From Octopus vulgaris (lineage: Eukaryota), in assembly GCA_951406725.2 (NCBI GenBank), contig OX597825.1:35092001-35156000 (forward strand): a stretch of DNA of 64,000 nucleotides. Direction: 5' to 3'. A model generated the notes under the pieces. That model saw only the letters and a list, made by a program, of their open reading frames with translations. It had not been told where the DNA came from and made no database searches. The position numbers were made by a program, and so were the translations under genes. Positions 38,843 to 52,622 of this stretch are shown piece after piece (positions within the stretch are counted from its first letter, which is position 1; the number at the start of each line of letters is the position of its first letter).

Positions 38843-40995
38843 AAACAGATTAAACAATGAACGCAAATTGATAACGAAGTAACATAAAGGTTCCAGAAAA
38901 CGGAAACCACAGGTAAGAAAGTCTAAGCTTCCAAGAACCTGTAGAGATATGAAGTCCAACCGCGAAATTATCAGATTATGATCCTGAGTAAGGGTGTTGT
39001 AAATTTCATGTGAAAAAAAAAAGACCTTAAAAATCGAACCATGAGTATGAATAGCATTTACGTGAACAGAATCTGGAATGTCTTTGAGATTCGCACCCTC
39101 TTTCCCGTGTTAAGCAGTGTGGAGCTTAAATCGTAGCAGAGTGTTGTTAACACTCAAGCATAACAGATCTCGGCTCTCATCCAACAAATGAAGAAAAGTA
39201 CCTTATGCTGCAGCGGACTCGTGTCTGTGATCTTTCACTTTTCAGATAACAAATGGCCGAGCAAATGTTGTTAATTCACACATACTATTCTGATAACCAG
39301 TAAGGATTCGATACTTTATGAAAATAAAATCTGTTGTTAAACGTTTGCGAGTTTGCTTTGTTGTAATATAAGCAGCCAACCTGATTTTAAATTCAATTAA
39401 TGATAAAACATAAATCTTTCTCACAACTCGACCCCGCAAAAATGGCAACTCAACAAAGTCCTATGGTGACAAACCTCGCGGCATACCAATAAATGCTTCG
39501 CAACAGAAATCATCACACGCATAATATTCGAATCAATGTTGTAGAAAAAATATAACAGTAGAAATGCAACGTACGATCCTTGAAAATACAATGGAAATAG
39601 CATAATAGAACCCACTACACAAAGACAGATGTCATCATAACAAAATAGAACATTCACTAAGTTAAGATAGCAAAAACCTAAACTGAATATAATGACTAAG
39701 AAAAACTAGAAGTAAACAACTATATCCAACCCCAACGATATAATTATATTCCCTACCCATACATAATATTTAGAATAAAACACTCTCTCTCACATAACAA
39801 TCTAAGTAAAGTCAACAATGTAGAAAAACTAATGGAATCATTAATGGGAATAAAAGTGACTGTGACGAAATCATTAAATATAAACCAACAACCACACTTG
39901 TCGAGGCTACATGTAAACAGAGAGATATGGGAAAATACTGATAAAAAATAACAGTTTCCACCGATATTCCTTTCGCTGAAGTAAATACAGCTAAGTATCA
40001 GATTAAGTTATTTGTCAGAACAGTATCGAAGAAATCTAGTTTCGAACTTGAGGAGTATGGCATTCCTAACCAATACTCATAAAAAAGGAATAAGAATATT
40101 ATTGAAGATTGACGAAAAAGAGAAAAGATCTATCGTTACTCTCAGTGAAATAGAAAGGGAGAAAACAAAAATGCATAAAACTACAAAATATTAAGAAAAT
40201 ACAATATCTGAATTTAAAAAAAATGAGATCCTGAAAGAAAAAGTAAAATAATTGATACTAGGGAAGATATGCTAGAGAAAACGATTTGAAAAAAGCGATT
40301 GTTTGTTGAAACAGCAAGCTTACGTTTAAAATAAATGCGAAAAATTTTACCTGGTTACCAGTAAGACAGCCATGGGATTAGAATATATGCCATCAAGAAC
40401 AGAACTACAAACATTTTGGAAAAACTTGAAGATCAAAAATTTGCTGAATAATGATTAGAAAACACGAGAAAACTAATAGACATAGCCAACATAGCGTATT
40501 TAATACGGTAACGATAAATGCAACCAGGACCGCAAGGTACGAGAAAGTTACATGACTTGATAAAGTCTCCAATTTCTAAGTTAATTACTTAATTAGCACA
40601 AGGGAAGATTTAACAACAGCGTTTAACTAATTACTGCAAATGCCAAAATTAACATCTGGCAAGTTACTAGAGGGAAAAACAATATTAACCCTTCAAAATA
40701 GAAAAAATAAAACCCCCACGAACCTTGCAGATTACAGACTAACAATTATACCAATAATATCTACACTCTCCAACAGAATGTTACAGATTTGGAAAATATT
40801 TTATCAAAGGAACAGAAAGGGTATCTGATTGAGGTGCATAGATGTAAAGAATAATATTTCGTAAACCGAGAGGTTATAAAAGATATAGAAAAAAACAAAC
40901 AGAGAAACAAAAGTCAAAGAGGAGTATGGGATTTATTATCACAAAATCTTCGACTACGTGCAACATTCATGAAGTTTTAGTCATATTTTATAAAC

Positions 40996-41345
40996 AAAGA
41001 CGGCGAACTGCCAGAATAGCACGACGGGCAAAGTGCTTAGCGGTATTTCGTCTGCTGCTACGTTCTGAGTTCAAACTCCGCGAGGTCGACTTTGCCTTTC
41101 ATCCTTTCGGGGTCGATTAAATAAGTACCAGTTACGCACTGGGGTCGATGTAATCGACTTAATCCGTTTGTCTGTCCTTGTTTGTCCCCTCTGTGTTTGT
41201 CCCCTCTGTTTTTAGCCCCTTGTGGGTAGTAAAGAAATAGAAATAGGTATTTCATCCGTCTTTACGTTCCGAGTTCAATTTCCACCAAGGTGGACTTTGC
41301 TTTTCATCATTTCGGGGCCGATAAAATAAGTATTAGTTGACTACT
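40996..41345 (+). mobile_element. SINE A composite (SINE-in-SINE junction at ~41246)
   Basis: Body plus tail ...gggtagtaaagaaatag, then a restart at ggtatttc of a second body. Confidence 0.9.
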
Positions 41346-41662
41346 GCGGTCGATGAGAGAAAGATAGCCTTTCTTTTACCTTCCTCGCTCTCTTTCTCTC
41401 TTTTTCCCTCCCTAATACTGTCCCTCTGTCCTCCACGACTCTTTCTCTCTTCTTCCGGTACCACGTGACCCATGAACATTTAAACCTCTCTCGTCCTTTC
41501 TTCGCTTTGCCGTTGTCTAGGTCGGTCATGGTCCTTTGTGTTCCTACACCTTCCTATACAGTTTGTTTACCTCTTCCTTCGTATACACTCATATGTACAT
41601 ATACATACACTATATACATACATACATACATACATACATACATACATACATACATACATACA

Positions 41663-41693
<31 letters not shown>

Positions 41694-41706
41694 GTATGTG
41701 TATGTG

Positions 41707-41905
41707 TGGAGGCGCAATGGCCCAGTGGTCAGGGCAGCGGACTCGCGGTCGTAGGATCGCGGTTTCGATTCCCAGACCGAGCGTTGTGAGTGTTTATTGA
41801 GCGAAAACACCTAAAAAAGCCCCACGAGGCTCCGGCAGGGGGTGGTGATCCCTGCTGTACTCTTTCGCCGCAACTTCTCTCACTCTTTTTTCTGTTGGCC
41901 TGGTC
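41707..41905 (+). mobile_element. SINE family C, 3'-truncated
   Basis: tggaggcgcaatggcccagtggtcagggcagcggactcgcggtcgtaggatcgcggtttcgattccc head. Confidence 0.92.
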
Positions 41906-42789
41906 ATATATATATATAATTTAATCACGAATCTTATATATATATATTACTCATACGCACAAAAGTACGAATTACTAATTATAAAATGTTTAGATAAAAA
42001 CAAAACTAAAAAATGTAGTTAACAAAAGTCAAAGTACACATGAGGAAAATACAAGCAGAAGAAGATCGTTATGGTCAATAAAAGTTAACATCCAGCCAAA
42101 ACATGGCTCAACAGCTGTAGATCAAAGACAAAAATCGAAGCTCTGGTTTCCGAAGCACAAATTCAATGTTTAGACATTAAAAAAATGATTACCATTACAA
42201 AATAATAAAAGAGGGTTAACGGCAGCTGTAGGCTATAGGATGAATATGCAGACAACGAAGAGAAAACAGCGTTGCAGCTGCTCTGCTATCACAAAGACAA
42301 TATGTCGACAGATATAATCGAGTAAGTAGCTACTGCCATTGGATAAATACGCAGACATTTTAAACAACACTGAAAACAAATGTTATAAGCATATGACAAA
42401 TCCAATTGCGAGACAACCATTTCAAGTACAGTATTCTGAGTGTGTCTGTCCAGACAGACTACAAGATCAAAGTGAATCTTTCAGTCATAATAGAAAACAG
42501 AAAAGAAGCTTATTTGATCAACAAATAGTCAGAAAGAAAGTTAAAAATCGGGTTTTTTTTCGTTTTCTTTCAACAACAAATTGTAATCTAAAAATTTCGT
42601 TAAATTTTAATCTGAAATTTCATAGCATTCCGTTACATTGGTTTATTGTCACCATTTGCTTTTTTTTTTTTAATGTAATCATTGTTTTCTTTTATTGACA
42701 GTCCATGTGTTTTCGTTTCATTTCGGCTGTTATTTCTAGTGGCAGCTCGAAAGCAAGATCTGTGACTATGGTAAGATTATTATTACTCA

Positions 42790-42982
42790 AGACTAGACAA
42801 AATGCATAGCGGCATTTCGTCCTTCTTTACGTTTTTAGTTCAAATTCCGCCGAGGTCAACTTTGCTTTTAATCCTTTCGGGGTCGATAAAAATACGTAAC
42901 AATCGAGCACGGGGGTCAATGTGATCGACTGTCCCCCTTCCCGAAAATTGCTGCCTTTGTGCCTATAATAGAAAGGATTATA

Positions 42983-43035
<53 letters not shown>

Positions 43036-43438
43036 ACACTGTGAGCTAGCAAAATCGTTAGCGCGCCCCGGGTTATATGTTTAGCGGTATTTCGCCCGTC
43101 TTTACGTTCCGAGTTCAAATTCCGCCGAGGTCGACTTTGCCTTTCATCCCTTTGGAAATTGGTGTAATCGAATTATCTCCTTCCTCGAAATTGCTGGCCT
43201 TGTGCCAAAATTTGAAATCAATATTAGCGGCGGGTTGGCAAAATCGTTAGCAAGCCGGGAAAAATGCTTAGCGGCATTTCGTCCGTCTTCACGCTCTGAG
43301 TTCAAATTCCACTGAGGTCGACTTTGCCTTTCATCTTTCCTGGGCCGATGAAACAAATACCATTTAAATACTGGGGTAGGGATGTAATCGACTTATCCCC
43401 CTCCCCTGAAATTGTTGACCTTGTACCAAAATTTGAAA

Positions 43439-43505
<67 letters not shown>

Positions 43506-43723
43506 AGACAGTGAGCTGGCAGAATCGGTGGAACGACAGGCAAAATGCTTAGCGGCATTTCGTCCGTCTTTACGTTTTGAGTTCAAATTCTATCGAGATC
43601 GACCTTGCCTTTCACCCTTTCGGGGTCAATAAAATAAGTACCTGTTGATTACTGGGTTCGATGTAATTGATTTAACCGCTCACCCTACGAACTTGCTGGA
43701 CTTGTGTCAAAATTTGAAACGAA

Positions 43724-43725
<2 letters not shown>
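42790..43725 (+). mobile_element. Head-to-tail array of four SINE A copies with (ATT)n tails
   Basis: Four repeats of gagttcaaattc...gtcgactttgcctttcat...gtcgatgtaatcga...aaaatttgaaa. Confidence 0.92.
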
Positions 43726-43773
<48 letters not shown>

Positions 43774-44420
43774 TAATTCATGTCATCTTTGTTTTCTTTC
43801 ATTAAATTCATTAAAAAAGAGACTTTTGCTTTTGTTTATTGTGTTTTCGTTCATTAATTAAAAAAAAAAAAAGACTGCCCGCCTCCTTTTTGTTTGCTTT
43901 CATTAAATTCTTTATTTTTTAAAAAAATCTTATTCAATTATTACGCTTTCCTTTCTTCATTTTCAACGATACTTTGTTGTTGCCATGGCAGCAAACAATT
44001 TCGATTTCCACTTGTGATGACACCGGACTCATTTCATTGGCTAAAAATATGTAAATTTTAAATGTTTCTATCTTGTTTATTATTTATTTTTCTAAAAAAA
44101 AAAAAATGATTGAAATATTCGTCATGAGCATCCAAAACTACATCTGTGTGGAAAATTTGAAAACAATCCATTGAGAATTGAAAATTTTCAAGTGGTTGGA
44201 AGAAAACCTAAAAGATTCGAGAATGATACTAATAATAATTAGTGCTCCGAGTATGATTTAAAAAAATAACAGTAAAAATAGTAAAGAAGTAACTAGACCT
44301 CAACAACTTTCATACAACGATTCAACGAGGGAAAACGCAGTCAGTTGATTTGTTAAAAATTCCACCAAATACTCTAATCTTACCCTTACGTTATCAAATA
44401 TAACATGCACAACATACGCA

Positions 44421-44605
44421 TCTATTATATAAAATCCGTTCTGTCTGTCTGTGTGTGTGTCTTCTAGGATCTCGGGCATCCTCCATCCGATTGCGCTCAA
44501 ATTTGATATGTAGATACCGATGGTATCAGGGCGTGCATAAGTCTTGAAAAAATTACAAAAATCGATTCCAGGTGAGAATGCGATCGATAAAGCCGTGTGT
44601 ACGGC
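44421..44605 (+). mobile_element. Non-autonomous Helitron-like element
   Basis: A|TCTATTATATAAAA 5' end, (CTGT)n tract, ccgatt...aaatttg motif and 3' hairpin GCCGT-gtgt-ACGGC. The terminal CTRR is not seen. Confidence 0.7.
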
Positions 44606-44810
44606 GTCGCGTATTGTCCTTACCCTCGGAACGCGGAGTAGATGGAACAGGGGACAACTGATGAAGGGAATGCTCTTTATGTTGCATGTCTCATTTCTCT
44701 GTTTGTTTTTTCGTTGTTCGAAAAAAGTTCGTTTTCTATGTTTTTGCCTTTGTGTTTTCGTTTCTCATTGTGTCAATGTTTTTTTAATGTCCTGTACCCA
44801 TATATGCATG
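44606..44810 (+). mobile_element. Short repeat with hammerhead-like half motifs ending at (TA)n (family shared with 26685)
   Basis: ccctcGGAAcgcggaGTA...gacaaCTGATGAaggg, and the shared tail gtcctgtacccatatatgcat. Confidence 0.65.
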
Positions 44811-44893
44811 TATATATACATATATATGTAGGTATGTACATATATGTATATATATATGCATATATTTATATATATTACATACATATATATATA

Positions 44894-44944
<51 letters not shown>

Positions 44945-45550
44945 AAATATATTCATATATATGTGTATATATATATATTTATATATATGCGTAATGAATA
45001 AAAATTGTACAATAAAAGACAAAAGCACTCATAATTTAAACAGGTAAAGCCTGCCATTCTAGTTCTCTTTCATTATGTCAATGAGTCTAGTTACTATTTC
45101 AGAGGACTCCGACCTCCATTTCAGTTACATCTTCATCCTGGGGAGTGTGCCTCTCCTCACTCTAACTTTTAATCTTTTGAAAAGTCTTTTGCCGTTTCTT
45201 GCTTTCTGCACCTTCTCTGATAATTTCGAAATCTTCTTTGGTTCCATCATGTGACGTTGGGGTAGCACAGCTAATTAGGTAAAGGTAACGGTGCTTGATC
45301 GCTGGTTTCCGGAAGAAGTTTCTTATTCAGATATTGTGTATTGTTTCACATTCAAACGAAGTTGTTACACTGTAAAATAGCTGGAATGTTTTCATTTGGC
45401 AAAACGAGTGTATATATATTTGCTGCTATTATTCACATTTCCACTCAAGTTAGTTGAACTTGTTGTCAAAATATTAGTGTTCCCTTTTTATGATCTATAT
45501 TTTACAGTACACTAAATTCCTGATCTTTTTGTTTTTATTTGTAAAATACG

Positions 45551-47687
45551 GTACTTTCTTCATTTTGAATTTTCTTTTGAAATGCATAACTCAGAACTTT
45601 CCAAACCATTTTCCTTCTTTATATGGGTTACCTGAAGGAAGTTGATCGTCGTCCAAATATAAATATCACAGGCCTTATATTTCCCTTTGTCAACCATAAA
45701 ATCCAAGTTTCATGAATTGATCTCAATACGAGTAATTTTAATAGACGTTCTATTTCATTTGGTTGACCCTTTTGCTTCGAGAAACGGATTGGAAACATCT
45801 GACGCTGTCAGCAGCAAACAACATCAACAATAATAATAGCTATCTATGTATCATAATTAATGTATTCACATTGTCAATCGGCCAGTTACTACAGGACAGC
45901 ATTTGTCCTGAGACAGCATCTCTTACGGACTTGCTGTATTAAAGCACAAATATCAGAAAAGGCGAAAATTCGTCCCTTTCGCTCTGAATGTGAGTCTATG
46001 CATCTCTTTAATTTATTAGATTAATATTTCCCGAAGTAACATAAATATTTATAAGATATTTAAAAATAACAATGTAAAATATGTTTTACCTTGAACACAT
46101 ATTTTCGACACGGAATTAGCAAACATCAATAATAAAAATCTGAAAGCACATAACTACATCATTCTCTTCGTATGTGTTGCTGTATCTTGCGTATTTTGTC
46201 TTTTTTCCAAAGTCGATAGTCTTATATACGAGAGGATTTACAACTGGTAATCCTGTCTCTCAACATTATATCAGTTTAACTGCGAATCCTTTTAAGTTAA
46301 GATTCAGTTAACATTGATATTCATTCAGAAAAAAACCCCAAAGATCGCTTGGTACAAGTTTGCTAAAGCATATCTTTCTTGTTTTAACAAAGCTATCAGA
46401 CAACAAGATAATATGAAGATATCGCAGATTCCAAAGCTTGCAAACAAATGGTTGTATTCGGAATGAATGATCAATATTTTACTTTTGTGCTTATGTTTCA
46501 TTGCCACCATAAATCAAAATATTTGTGGTAATATTTTAGATATCTAATAATTGAACTTAGGTCAGCATTGCGATAATATTTCTTTTGCTAGAGGGCACAT
46601 GCATTCAGAGAGCATCTAACGTTGCAAATCAAAGTTTTCTGTTCAGTTAATTCTAAACAGCTTGCTTATGACCTTTGGACTGCCTTGTTTATTATTGTTC
46701 GGCGATTTGAACTTCGGACAGCCTCCTAATACAGTTGTCTTTTAACAGCAAATATACTGAATTAAAAATATATAGTCACGAACCCTGAGAAGGTGGACAG
46801 TGGATTGTTCTGTGTAACACTGTTGCATGGTTTTATACTTTTGATATAGATGTTGAGCGTATTACTCCACATAATATCAAATCCATATTTTTCTCTATTC
46901 TGTACACAAGCAAATATTATTATACATACATATATATATATGTATATATCTATTTTACTTGTTTCAGTCATTTGACTGCGGCCATGCTGGAGCACGCCTT
47001 TTAATCGAGCAACTCGACCCCGGGACTTAATCTTTTGTAAGCCCAGTACTTATTCTATCGGTGTCTTTTGTCGATCCGCTAAGTAACGGGGACATAAACA
47101 CACCAGCATCGGTTGTCAAGCAATGCTAGGGGGACAAACACAGACACAAAAACATACACGCACACACACATATATATATATTTATACGACGGGCTTCTTT
47201 CAGTTTCCGTCTACCAAATCCACTCACAAGGATTTGGACACTTGCCCAAGGTGCCACGCAGTGGGACTGAACCCGGAACCATGTGGCTGGTAAACAAGCT
47301 ACTTACCACACAGCCACTCCTGCGCCTATATATATATACACATATATATATAAATATATATACATAATAAATTAATGTTCCCTTATAAATTGTTAAAAGT
47401 CTTTCAGCCTCCTGCACTCTAGACATATTCACAAGCTTCCCGTTTAACTGCATTTTATTGTATCTTTCGGAAAATTATTCCTTTACTTGTTGCAGTCTTT
47501 GGATTAAGACAATGTCTTCATTGCTTTGGTCGATCAGTCGTCAGATCGACATCGGTACACATTCTACGTATCTGGATCTCTTTTCACATGATCAACTTCC
47601 TTCAGATAATCCACACAAAGAGGGAAAATTGTTTGGAAAGTTCTGAGTTATGCATTTCAAAAGAAGATTCAAAACGAAGAAAGTTAC
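45551..47687. repeat. Pair of ~97 bp inverted repeats about 2 kb apart (45551-45647 and 47590-47687)
   Basis: ctttcttcattttgaat...gaaatgcataactcagaactttccaaac...ctgaaggaagttgatc is reverse-complementary to the second arm, roughly 90% identical by eye. Confidence 0.9.
46953..47326 (-). mobile_element. SINE family B (internal deletion)
   Basis: Reverse-complement match to 22791-23203. Confidence 0.92.
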
Positions 47688-47875
47688 ATGAACATAAACT
47701 AACACTCACAAGGCACTAGCCTAAAGGACTGAACCCGAAACCACATAGTTACGAAGCGCAGGTCTTAACCACATGTCCATGATCGCACCTATAATGAAAC
47801 ACCACCACTACCACAACAATTGCTACTACAAGTGTTATTTTTGTTGTTGTTATTGTTCTTGTTGCTATTATTAAT

Positions 47876-48279
47876 AAGGCGGCGAGCTGGCAGAAACGTT
47901 AGCGCGCCGGGCGAAATGCGTAGCCGTATTTCGTCTGCCGTTACGTTCTGAGTTCAAATTCTGCCGAGGTAGACTTTGCCTTTCATCCTTTCGGGGTCGA
48001 TAAATTAAGTACCAGTTACGCACTGGGGTCGATATAATCGACTTAATCCGTTTGCCTGTCCTTGTTTGTCCTCTCTGTGTTTAGCCCCTCGTGGGTAGTA
48101 AAGAAATAGAAATAGGTATTTCGCCCGTTGCTACGTTCTGAGTTCGAATTCTACCGACGTCGACTTTGCCTTTCATCCTTTCGGAGTCAATAAAATAATT
48201 GCTGGTTGAGTATTGGGCTCGATTACATCGATCCATCCCCTCCCTCAAATTTCAGGCCCTAGCCTTTAGTAGAAAGGAT
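47876..48279 (+). mobile_element. SINE A composite
   Basis: Full head/body/tail followed by a second body restarting at ggtatttcg (~48115). Confidence 0.92.
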
Positions 48280-48354
48280 TCTTCTTCTTCTTCTTCTTCT
48301 TCTTCTTCTTCTTCTTCTTCTTCTTCTTCTTCTTCTTCTTCTTCTTCTTCTTCT
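48278..48354. repeat. (TTC)n microsatellite
   Basis: Direct reading of the sequence. Confidence 0.98.
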
Positions 48355-48668
48355 TTAAAACTACTGAGTTTCCTCGCTTCTTTATAATAATGGGCTACAT
48401 TGTCACGGGGGAGGTATAACAGATGAACTACAAGACAATACTCGTATACTAATATTTTTCATTAAATCATTAAAAACGTTAGGTGAGTGATTTGTACTTT
48501 AGCTTTTAATTTGGATTTTTATATGGTGAATATTTATTTGTTTTAAAATTTAAGGTTACATATAGTTTAAGGTTCTAAAAGAGACCTGATTGTGTATAAA
48601 TTTTTGCTAACTGCAAATTTTCGGTGTAGATTTCTTTAAATTCCACTAACTGTTAGGCGCTGATACAT

Positions 48669-48758
<90 letters not shown>

Positions 48759-48886
48759 GCACACACACACACACACGCACGCACACACACGTCTATAAAG
48801 CCATATATACATATATACCTTTTATAGAATTCAGACAGTATTGTAGGTTACCTTTCGCATACGAATATGTCTATGTAAACAATGCG

Positions 48887-48949
<63 letters not shown>

Positions 48950-49707
48950 GAGGCCCTCTTATAGGACACTTCTCCCTCCACACAACCACTTCAGAATCAG
49001 CAGAACTCTAAAGTGGATGAACAGGGATTCTCCAGGTTATGTGATCCACTTACCTCACAACATATGGTTTCCTACTAATCCTAATTTGAAACTCGTGCAA
49101 TTCTTGTAGACTACTCTGCCACACAAATCAACCCCTGACTGTTGACGTATGATGCTAACGAGAAAAAATATTTGGCTGGAAAGTCAACATGAATTCAACC
49201 GTTAAATAGGAAAGATATCATGTGCCAAACATATTAATTTGTTGAAAATGAGGCTGCGAAGGTCGGGAAACGACGGACATGGATTTAAGGAATCAGTTGT
49301 TTAAAACCAACAGTAAAACGCTAATAAGAAGATATGAAAAATGTCTAAAAAGAAAAGGATAAAACTTGAACATAGTCGTGTATTCAGCGAAACGTGCATA
49401 AAAGGCGTTCCCTAGACACTTATATATATATATATATACACACACACAGACACATATATATTGGTAAATTTGTATGTATGTATGTATGTATGTATGTATG
49501 TATGTATGTATGTGTGTGTGTATATATATATGTACACACACACACAACGCACACAAATATATGCACACACCTAGACATAAACACTCAATACAAAAGTCTT
49601 TAAGATAAAGCTTGTTGATAATATTGTCAGAATGAAAGGGAAAATCTTTTGCTTTATCAAACGAAATATACGTGCGTACATGCGTACGTACGTATATATA
49701 TATACAT

Positions 49708-49789
<82 letters not shown>

Positions 49790-52167
49790 CTACACAAAAG
49801 TACCTAACTCGAGTATCTTCTAACGATAAGCCCTGTTGATAATATTGTCAAAATGAAAGTTAAAAATGTGATGACTATCAGACGAAATATCACTTTCAAG
49901 AGTAGAAATCCAATAAATAACGAAAGGTTCATGTTCAGTGAGTAGAAGAGATTGCTGAGAGTTTAATTCCTTCTCTTATTTAAAGTTTGTGTCCGTCAAT
50001 AAGCTTTCGAAAGTTCTCTCTCTATTCTCAGATAATTAAAATAACTGTATTGCGTGAGAGATAAAACGAAAGCAGACTTTTTTCTTTTTTGGTAATATCT
50101 ATAATATCTAATACTATTCATTTCATTCATGATGTCTTTCAAAAGATGTTTGGGTGCTGTAAGCAGTCAAACTATTGGATGCAGAATTATTAGAAATCAA
50201 TGATTTGCCATCAGTACCACTCTATATCCATCAATAAGTCACAGGCCACGTCTCTTAGTAACTGGTGTCTTTTGTATAATTAATAAGTGCTTTGTTGGTT
50301 TCAGGTTGTTAGTTCAAGCTTCGAAGTTGATGTTGGCCTTCGTTAAAATTAATATAAATTGCGAGTTAGTTACAGGTGAAAGAAATTGGGTCCGTTACAT
50401 TTTGCTGGGTCCAGAGATTGATGGGAGACACCCTAACTCATGGCTTGCCACATCAGAAGGCAAAACATCAATAATATCAATAAGTTATTCTCAGACTGGA
50501 GACGCAGTCAAAATGCCTGCAACAAAGGAGACTTTTCTAAATGCAGCCAGTGGCTAGATGAAGATGTTTAACTTTGAGACGAATTTCGCTTGCCACGTGA
50601 GAAATTTATACACTCTCATCTGATTGATTTCAGCATAGTTTTCGTCACTTCAATTTTACTCAGAGGGCTTGGACATGATCAAGTTGTCACAAGACCGGGG
50701 AACTAACTTCTTAATCACATGACCATGTCAGCTTGTATAAAAAAATCACTGTTGATCGAATGGAGAAGTTTTTCCTAAATTGATTTCTAGCTTTAGCACA
50801 AAGTTACATGCAAGAGAAGAGAGTATACTTCTACTTTCAATCGAGCCTCAGTATTTCACTGGTACTTTTATTTTATTGATATTGAATTAAAAGTTTGTGG
50901 TTGTCTTTTCAATTTCTCTCCTGACAACATTTCTCTGAAGAAGAACCCTATCCGAAATATTGAATTTCCTATCCCACGCAGCCGTACACTTTTTTCTCTT
51001 TTTGTCGATTTTAGTAAATGATACAAGTCTTGTCGACACAAACCAACACCGGTCTCTTTGGAGCCAATTTGATCTTATTTGTGTGTGTGTGTGCATGCGC
51101 GAACGTATTTTATTTGTTTGCTGTGCCAAATTTTCGTTTCTTCTAATGAATAAATATAAAACCAGTCATAGTTTCCTATCCAAAGAAAAACGATGGCAGG
51201 TGAGGGTCTTTCAGAATCTCTTAATGCTGATAAAACAAGAATAAGTGTTCATTGTCTTCAACACAAAAATGCTGCCAACAAGAGACAGGTGACAGCCACA
51301 AAAATCTGTACTGAAGTATCCAGCACATAGTACTTTCAATAAATAGACACAAAAAAATGCAAAGAAATAAAGACCTGGATCTAGCTGCTGCATCAATGCT
51401 TTAGACAATGATTAATCTAGCCGTGTGCTGAGTGAACAATAGACAAAAATATACTGAATCTTTGTTGTTTATTTTTACATCAATTGTTTCATAGCACAAA
51501 TAATTGTGTTTACTGATCTGTCGAAAATATATTCCAGTATAGACAGTTGTCATGAACTCTCTCGGTAGAAAGCTTGCAACAATCCAGTGAAAAGATCTCA
51601 ACTCAAGAAAGAATATCAAATGGGTAAAATAAATAAAATAAGTGTATAAACCTCTTAGGAGTTACTACGTAAAATTTCGGTTAGATACGTAAATGATCGG
51701 TGACACGGTTAAATACTCAATGAAATGTTCGGGGAATATTTCCTGATTAAATGACGAATTCTCTGAATAATATTCTGACCTGTGTATAATTCAGGGCTTA
51801 CTTATTTTAAGGGGAAAATGAGACAGAGTAGCGTTTATGCCTTTCTTAAAATCATTTGTTCAGCAGCATAACTGATGAGAAATGGTTGTAAGCGTGTGAG
51901 AAACAGAAGTTTCTCACTTCTGGTCACTTCTGGGGTGTTACCATTTTTTCAGTGGAAATTCTAATGATATTAACTTAAAATTCGAACCAGTGAATGAGAG
52001 TCTACGTACTCACGCGACCTATTAAAGATATCAACAAATCTCCTCCATAAATAACATACCCAACTCTCTTTAAAAACAAAAGAATACACAATGGGTAGTG
52101 TATACTTGAATAACGACTCGGTATCTGTTGTTACAATTACGTAGCTTGGTCATGAAGAAAGGCATGT

Positions 52168-52232
<65 letters not shown>

Positions 52233-52240
<8 letters not shown>

Positions 52241-52370
52241 ACACGGATAAATACTCAATGAAATGTTCAGGGAATATTTCCTGATTAAATGACGAATTCT
52301 CTGAATAATATTCTGACTTGTGTATAATACCTGTGTATAATCATTGAGTATTTATCCGTGTCATCGATCA
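52233..52370. repeat. Short foldback embedded in (TA)n that duplicates 51694-51791
   Basis: Terminal inverted repeats atcggtgacacggataaatactcaatga / tcattgagtatttatccgtgtcatcgat. The first ~95 bp are near-identical to 51697-51790. Confidence 0.88.
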
Positions 52371-52392
52371 TATATATATATATATATATATA

Positions 52393-52622
52393 TTTCTTTA
52401 CTGCGTACAAGAGGCTAAACACAGAGGAGACAAACAAGAACAGACAAACGGATTAAGTCGATTACATCGATCCCAGTGGGAAACTGGTACTTCATTTATC
52501 GACCCCGAAAAGATGAAAGGCAAAGTCGACCTCGGCGGAATTTGAACTCAGAACGTAACGACGGACGAAATACGGCTACGCATTTCGCCCGGCGTGCTAA
52601 CGTTTCTGCCAGCTCGCCGTCT
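52393..52622 (-). mobile_element. SINE family A
   Basis: Full-length reverse copy. Confidence 0.92.

Larger units (their letters stand above)
36780..42560 (+). mobile_element. Fragmented ancient R4/Dong-like non-LTR retrotransposon with nested SINEs
   Basis: Pieces in the expected order: N-terminal Lys-rich region (36780-37470); MPSRTELQTFWKNL, GKTILT..KNKTP and EQKG (40380-40830); KTWL..RSKTKIEALVSEAQ, GSCRL and QTD..IK (42090-42520). Confidence 0.55.

Noticed and set aside
41707-41780. tRNA genes at SINE heads
   Set aside because: A/B boxes run on into SINE bodies, with no clean cloverleaf or terminator.
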